Assembly: GCA_051294375.1 (NCBI GenBank)
Contig: CM119266.1
Span: 7,960,606-8,024,605 of the forward strand
Direction of reading: 5' to 3'
Source: Paraspadella gotoi
Lineage: Eukaryota > Animalia > Chaetognatha
DNA: 64,000 bases
The notes beneath the pieces were generated by a model that worked only from the letters and a program-made list of their open reading frames with translations, was not told the DNA's origin and did no database searches. Positions 59,363 through 64,000 of this stretch are shown here, piece after piece (position 1 is the stretch's first letter; the number at the start of each line of letters is the position of its first letter). Both the position numbers and the translations under genes were made by a program.

Positions 59363-60511
59363 CTATCGCTTTCTTGTCAACAATAATTTCAGAAGATTTC
59401 TTCTGTATTTCTTGAGTTCCCGTTTCCGAAGCGACATTGTGAGTGGAGAACCGGTTGAAGCATCGGTTGGAGCAACGGTTGCAGCATCGGTTGGAGCAAC
59501 GGTTGAAGCAGCGGTTGAAGCAACAGTTGTAGTATTGGTTTGAGCAACTGTTGTAGCATTGGATGGTGCATCGGTTTGTGATTCAAACGGGTCAAAAATG
59601 AGGTCATCTAGATCTTCTCGTATTTCAGAAACGCGATCGGAAAGATTGTCGACGACGTCATTGAGGTATTGGAGTTGATCGGAAAGAGAGTTGACGACGT
59701 CGGTCAGGTTGTTGAGTTGCGATCTCACTGATGGAGGAGAGAAAGAGAGAGTGGGAGAGAAGAAAATGGTAACATCACGAATCACGGATAATGATTTAAG
59801 GGAACCCAGTTATAAAATTGATATCATGAGCTTAAGACTCTATGATTAAAGGAATTTGAATTGTGCTCGTCATTCCTTTCTGTTCGCAATGGATAATAGA
59901 AGAAATTCCCATCTCCTTGTTGCAACGGGAGCAAAGGACAAACTCATTATAGGGAATATTTTTCATTGCTCTTCCCTTGGTAGCAATGCCCTCCATTATT
60001 TTACTAATGCAGTGAAAGTCATTTTTCCGGGTTTTTTTTGTTTTATTTTGTTTTTTTCTATTTTTAGATGCAGAAAGCTAACATGATGCGTCCGGGAATT
60101 CTCTTTAGAGACAGATATGGAGAGACAGAGAGAGAGAGAGATGGAGAGAAAAAACAAGAACCGGCAAGTACATGGACAACATGTTGCGGCGCCGCAGTGA
60201 CTTTCTTAATAAAATAAAAAATAAATAACATAAAAAAATATTGAAAAACTAAAAATTATTGAATATTTAATAATAATATTATAAAGATATTGTAAAGAAC
60301 ACAAAAAATTTTTAAAATAAATTTGATATAAACTTGTATATGTACATATATTGTATAATGTAGCATACATAAAAAACATCTTAAAATAGTATTACTTTAT
60401 AATCAGATATATCTTAATATTACCAAACTTAATTTGGTATACAAAAATCGACAAACATGGGGTAAAAATTAAAATAACAGCAATTTGTGGTGGGCTGAGA
60501 GATTTCCAGGT

Positions 60512-60547
<36 letters not shown>

Positions 60548-60846
60548 AGCTCTTATTTGTTTTCAAATATTTTTATGTACGTACATAACATTATATTAGA
60601 GGTTGCCGACCAAATTAAAATTTAAAAGGGAACAGCATTAAACTAATAAATTATTTGTATTAATTATTGTATTAAAATATTTTTTTGCAAAAATGTTCCA
60701 AACCATGAGTATTGAGTAATGAGTAATGAGTAATGAGTAAATTTGATTCTGATAGAGCTCAAAAAGTTAAGCAAAAAATGTAATTATAACTTTTTAAAAT
60801 TTTGATGTTTTATTACTGAAAATTAGTAAAAACTGCTAAAATCATC

Positions 60847-60880
<34 letters not shown>

Positions 60881-61389
60881 TTTAAGGTTTTTCCCAATTT
60901 TAATCCACTTATTATCAAAATATTGAAAAAATAATTATACTTTGTGTAGACAACTTTTCAGAAGCTATCTGATTTTGCTTTTAAAAATAAAAAATTCAAA
61001 AATTTTTTTTGACATTTTCTATTTATAAATAAATATTAAAAAATTAATTACTAGTGCTTCTAGCCATTTTAGGAAATTTTGGTCCATTAAAAGTTTTCTC
61101 AGAAATGTATGAAGTTTCATTTGGGAAGGTTCTCAAATCAAACTTCTGACCCACCCCGTTGATAAAGATTGGCCCTACTTATATAATTATAATAATCACC
61201 TCCAGAATTTCCTTTACCCTTCGCCGATGCGGCCGAGACTGCGATAAACGTTAAAAAAAGTAGGGAAAATTAAAATCAAAACGAAAAATAATTATTAGAA
61301 AAGAGTAATATGGCCGGAAAATTAGCTATTCGGCATTACTTACTCATAGTCATGGCGATGACCAAGATTACAATTGGCTTCATATTCAT
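59363..61389 (-). CDS. Secreted peptide precursor, paralog B, 149 aa. Exons 61389-61344, 61238-61200, 59727-59363
   Basis: MNMKPIVILVIAMTMISAASA-KGKGNSGVRSQLNNLTDVVNSLSDQLQYLNDVVDNLSDRVSEIREDLDDLIFDPFESQTDAPSNATTVAQTNTTTVASTAASTVAPTDAATVAPTDASTGSPLTMSLRKR-ELKKYRRNLLKLLLTRKR*. Same 46-nt coding exon 1, intron phases and homologous 3' UTR as paralog A. Confidence 0.87.
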
Positions 61390-62624
61390 TTTAATTTTTT
61401 TTTCTCAAAAAGAAATTTTGGGAAAGAAAAGTGTTGATGAATAAAAATGAAATGATAACTTTCGATTTTTTTTTTCCTTTTGAAAAGAAAATTTATTGTA
61501 AGGAGGCAGAGAGGAATGAGACGAGCGACAGGGGGTCTACGAACAGGTTTGTCCAGAATTGAGTGTAAATATGTGTAAGTGTTAGGTAACCGCCAAATGC
61601 TCCAAGGAGAAATTGAAATCCCTCATTAAACTATTTTTCGGGTTTTGAGTCAAACTTTTCTTGGGTAAAGATGTCCAATTTTCTGGCCCTAATGCGAAGA
61701 AAGTAACATATAAAATTTTTTTTAAAATAAAGTTCGTTTTAGATTCTAAGATTCCTTAAAACAGTGAATAAGCTATATTCCTTAATGCTGCGAATGATCT
61801 ATATTTTATATACGTGCATTATAATATTAGAAAACAATAGGTAAGCTGTTTAAATGTGCAAAATCGACGTCTCATTAGACTTTCCCCGAATCGGGACATT
61901 TCAATCACTCAGTCGTCAACTGGTCATGTTTGTCATGTTTGTAATGTTTGTAATGTTTTTCCACCCACAGTGACACGAGAATACTACGATTCTAGATAAA
62001 TTACAAATACGAATTTATGAAACAATTACCTGGAAAAATAAAATACAATTCAACGTGAATTCTTCTTGTCACGTTTTTTTCTAAAAATATTACGAAACAC
62101 CCGCCAGAATTAGAAGAAAAACTCGTTTGGCTTCAATTTTTTAAGACACAAAGACTCGTTCGCTAATTAGGAGAGATTACGTGAGCTTTAAACGACCACC
62201 ACAAATTAAATCTCCCAAAAGGGTTCGATGGTCTGCGACGCATTGTCTTTGTGAGGGACGTCTCGATCAAATACATATACAGAAAAAAAGAATTGATCAG
62301 TCTGACGCTATGTTACAGTGTAACATAAATTACTTTACAAAGCGCACTATAGAATATTTAGGTAGATTAACTCATTAATTGGGGATGAGCATCGTTTCTA
62401 AACAACTCATTGTTTTATATCAAATTTGGTAGCGTTCGATAGACAATTGCAAACATTATCTACATGCATAATTCCATCATAATCCGACAATCCGTTCAAA
62501 AGTAATCGCCAAAAAGCAATCGCAAAAATCGCTCTTCAAACCGATCAACTTTCCTTTAAAATCGAGCTCGTTTTGATCCAACAAAGATTAGTACTATGCG
62601 TAGTACTAAGCTTTAGAACCGGCG

Positions 62625-63327
62625 CACAGTGAGATCCTGGGCCTGAATTTTTCAAGAAAATCCCTTTCAGTTAAAAATAAATTTTTATTATATACGAATT
62701 ATAAAAATAATTTTTAAAAAAATTATTTGAATATTAAAATAATTAAAATATATTTTTTATAATTTTAAATAAATAAAATAAAATTATTTTATAATAAAAT
62801 ATATATATTATCAGATTATATAATAATAATAAAATAATAATAATAATAATAATAAAAATAATAATTATAATTAAAAAATAAAATTAAAAAATAAAATATT
62901 TTTATTTTATTTATTATTATTATTTTATTATTATTATTATTTTATTATTATTATTATTATTATTATTATATTATTATTATTATTATATTATTATTATTAA
63001 AATTAAAAAATTAAAATTTTTTAAAATTTATTATATTTAATATAATTATTATATTTTATTAAAATTAAAATTTTATTTTAATCTTATATTTTTTAATTAT
63101 ACCATGATAAAAAAAACTCGCAGTTTAAAAAAATTAGTTAATTTTATTGTAAAATATATTTTTTTATACATATATATAATATATAGTACTACCTTTCTCA
63201 GATTAAATAAAAAAATATTTTTAAAACTATAATTTTATTTATATAAATATTTTTATATATTATATAATAATATAAAAAAATTTAAAATTTATTTTTCTAG
63301 CATTTGGGACTCACAAGCAACACTGTG
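62625..63327. mobile_element. Non-autonomous Transib / RAG-like-type DNA element with AT-only interior
   Basis: Starts CACAGTG and ends CACTGTG, flanked by CGGCG / CGACG (5-bp CGNCG TSD, 1 mismatch). Interior is (TAA/TTA)n low complexity. Confidence 0.65.
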
Positions 63328-64000
63328 CGACGATTTTTGTTTTTAATAAGTTTTTATTGGACTTTTTTAAAATTTTGCATTATATTGAGAAAACGCTTTT
63401 GAATTAAGCCCGCGCTCTACCTGATTTGAATAGTAAAATCAATACAGTTTCTGTCAATTGTGTTCAAAATTGAAAAAAATGAAGGCTTGACTATGCAGTT
63501 TTCACCTAAAAAACCAGTTCATTTGATTGCTTTATCAAGCAATTAAGATTGCAAGAATTTTAATTTTGCTTTTTTTTCATCATGTAGAGAAGACAATAAG
63601 GTTTCAGAAACTGTACTAATATGTATGATTTGGTCTTTTTTACTCAAGAGCCAGGAGGTTTTCTTGGAATAGGGAAAAAACGACCTGACCAGTCTATTTA
63701 AATACCATTTTTTGGGCATGATAAATTGGGAATTTCGATCGCGCTCTACCTCCATTGGCTTCCCAAGACGCCAAGCTTTCGAAATCTGCCCATATTGATA
63801 TAATTTTTTTGGGCCGTGACTATGCAGTTTTGAATAGAAGTGAAATATAAAGGAATCTGATCGGAGCTTCGATTCGAACGATGCTCATCTCTACATTAAT
63901 ACAAATCTTACGTAAATCGAGATACGTACAACGTGAGCAATTTGTCTCACGTGTTTTTTTTTTCTTCAAAAAACTCGTTTCTTTTCGCTCGAAAGAAAAT

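Overview
Eukaryotic, most likely invertebrate animal, genomic DNA; the taxon cannot be determined from sequence alone. It is AT-rich, with GC-rich spliced exons, dense (GA)n/(GTC)n/(CTT)n microsatellites and five N gaps. Most ORFs in the supplied track are low-complexity artefacts, so genes were rebuilt by hand from GT-AG boundaries and reading phase. Genes supported: (1) an HHxxxDG condensation-domain/alcohol-acyltransferase-like gene (-) with one in-frame TGA; (2) an 8-exon, ~460-aa secreted/membrane protein (-) that I cannot assign to a family; (3) a 6-exon sigma-class GST (+); (4) a 6-exon cystinosin homolog (+) whose substrate and proton-relay residues appear remodelled; (5) two tandem 3-exon paralogs (-), plus a noisy inverted third copy, encoding secreted precursors (signal peptide, acidic/Thr-rich spacer, KR site, cationic amphipathic C-terminal peptide). 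Item 5 is the best candidate for an undescribed system, a possible host-defence or toxin peptide family. Mobile DNA: a Penelope-like retroelement with GIY-YIG upstream of RT (Naiad-type) followed by a degenerate hammerhead-like fold, three short TG..CA solo-LTR-like elements with tRNA-like Pol III boxes, a CACAGTG-ended Transib-type element, several MITE-like foldbacks and a tRNA-Gly pseudogene. A ~5-kb inverted duplication (about 45.4-57.6 kb) is full of indels and may be an assembly artefact.
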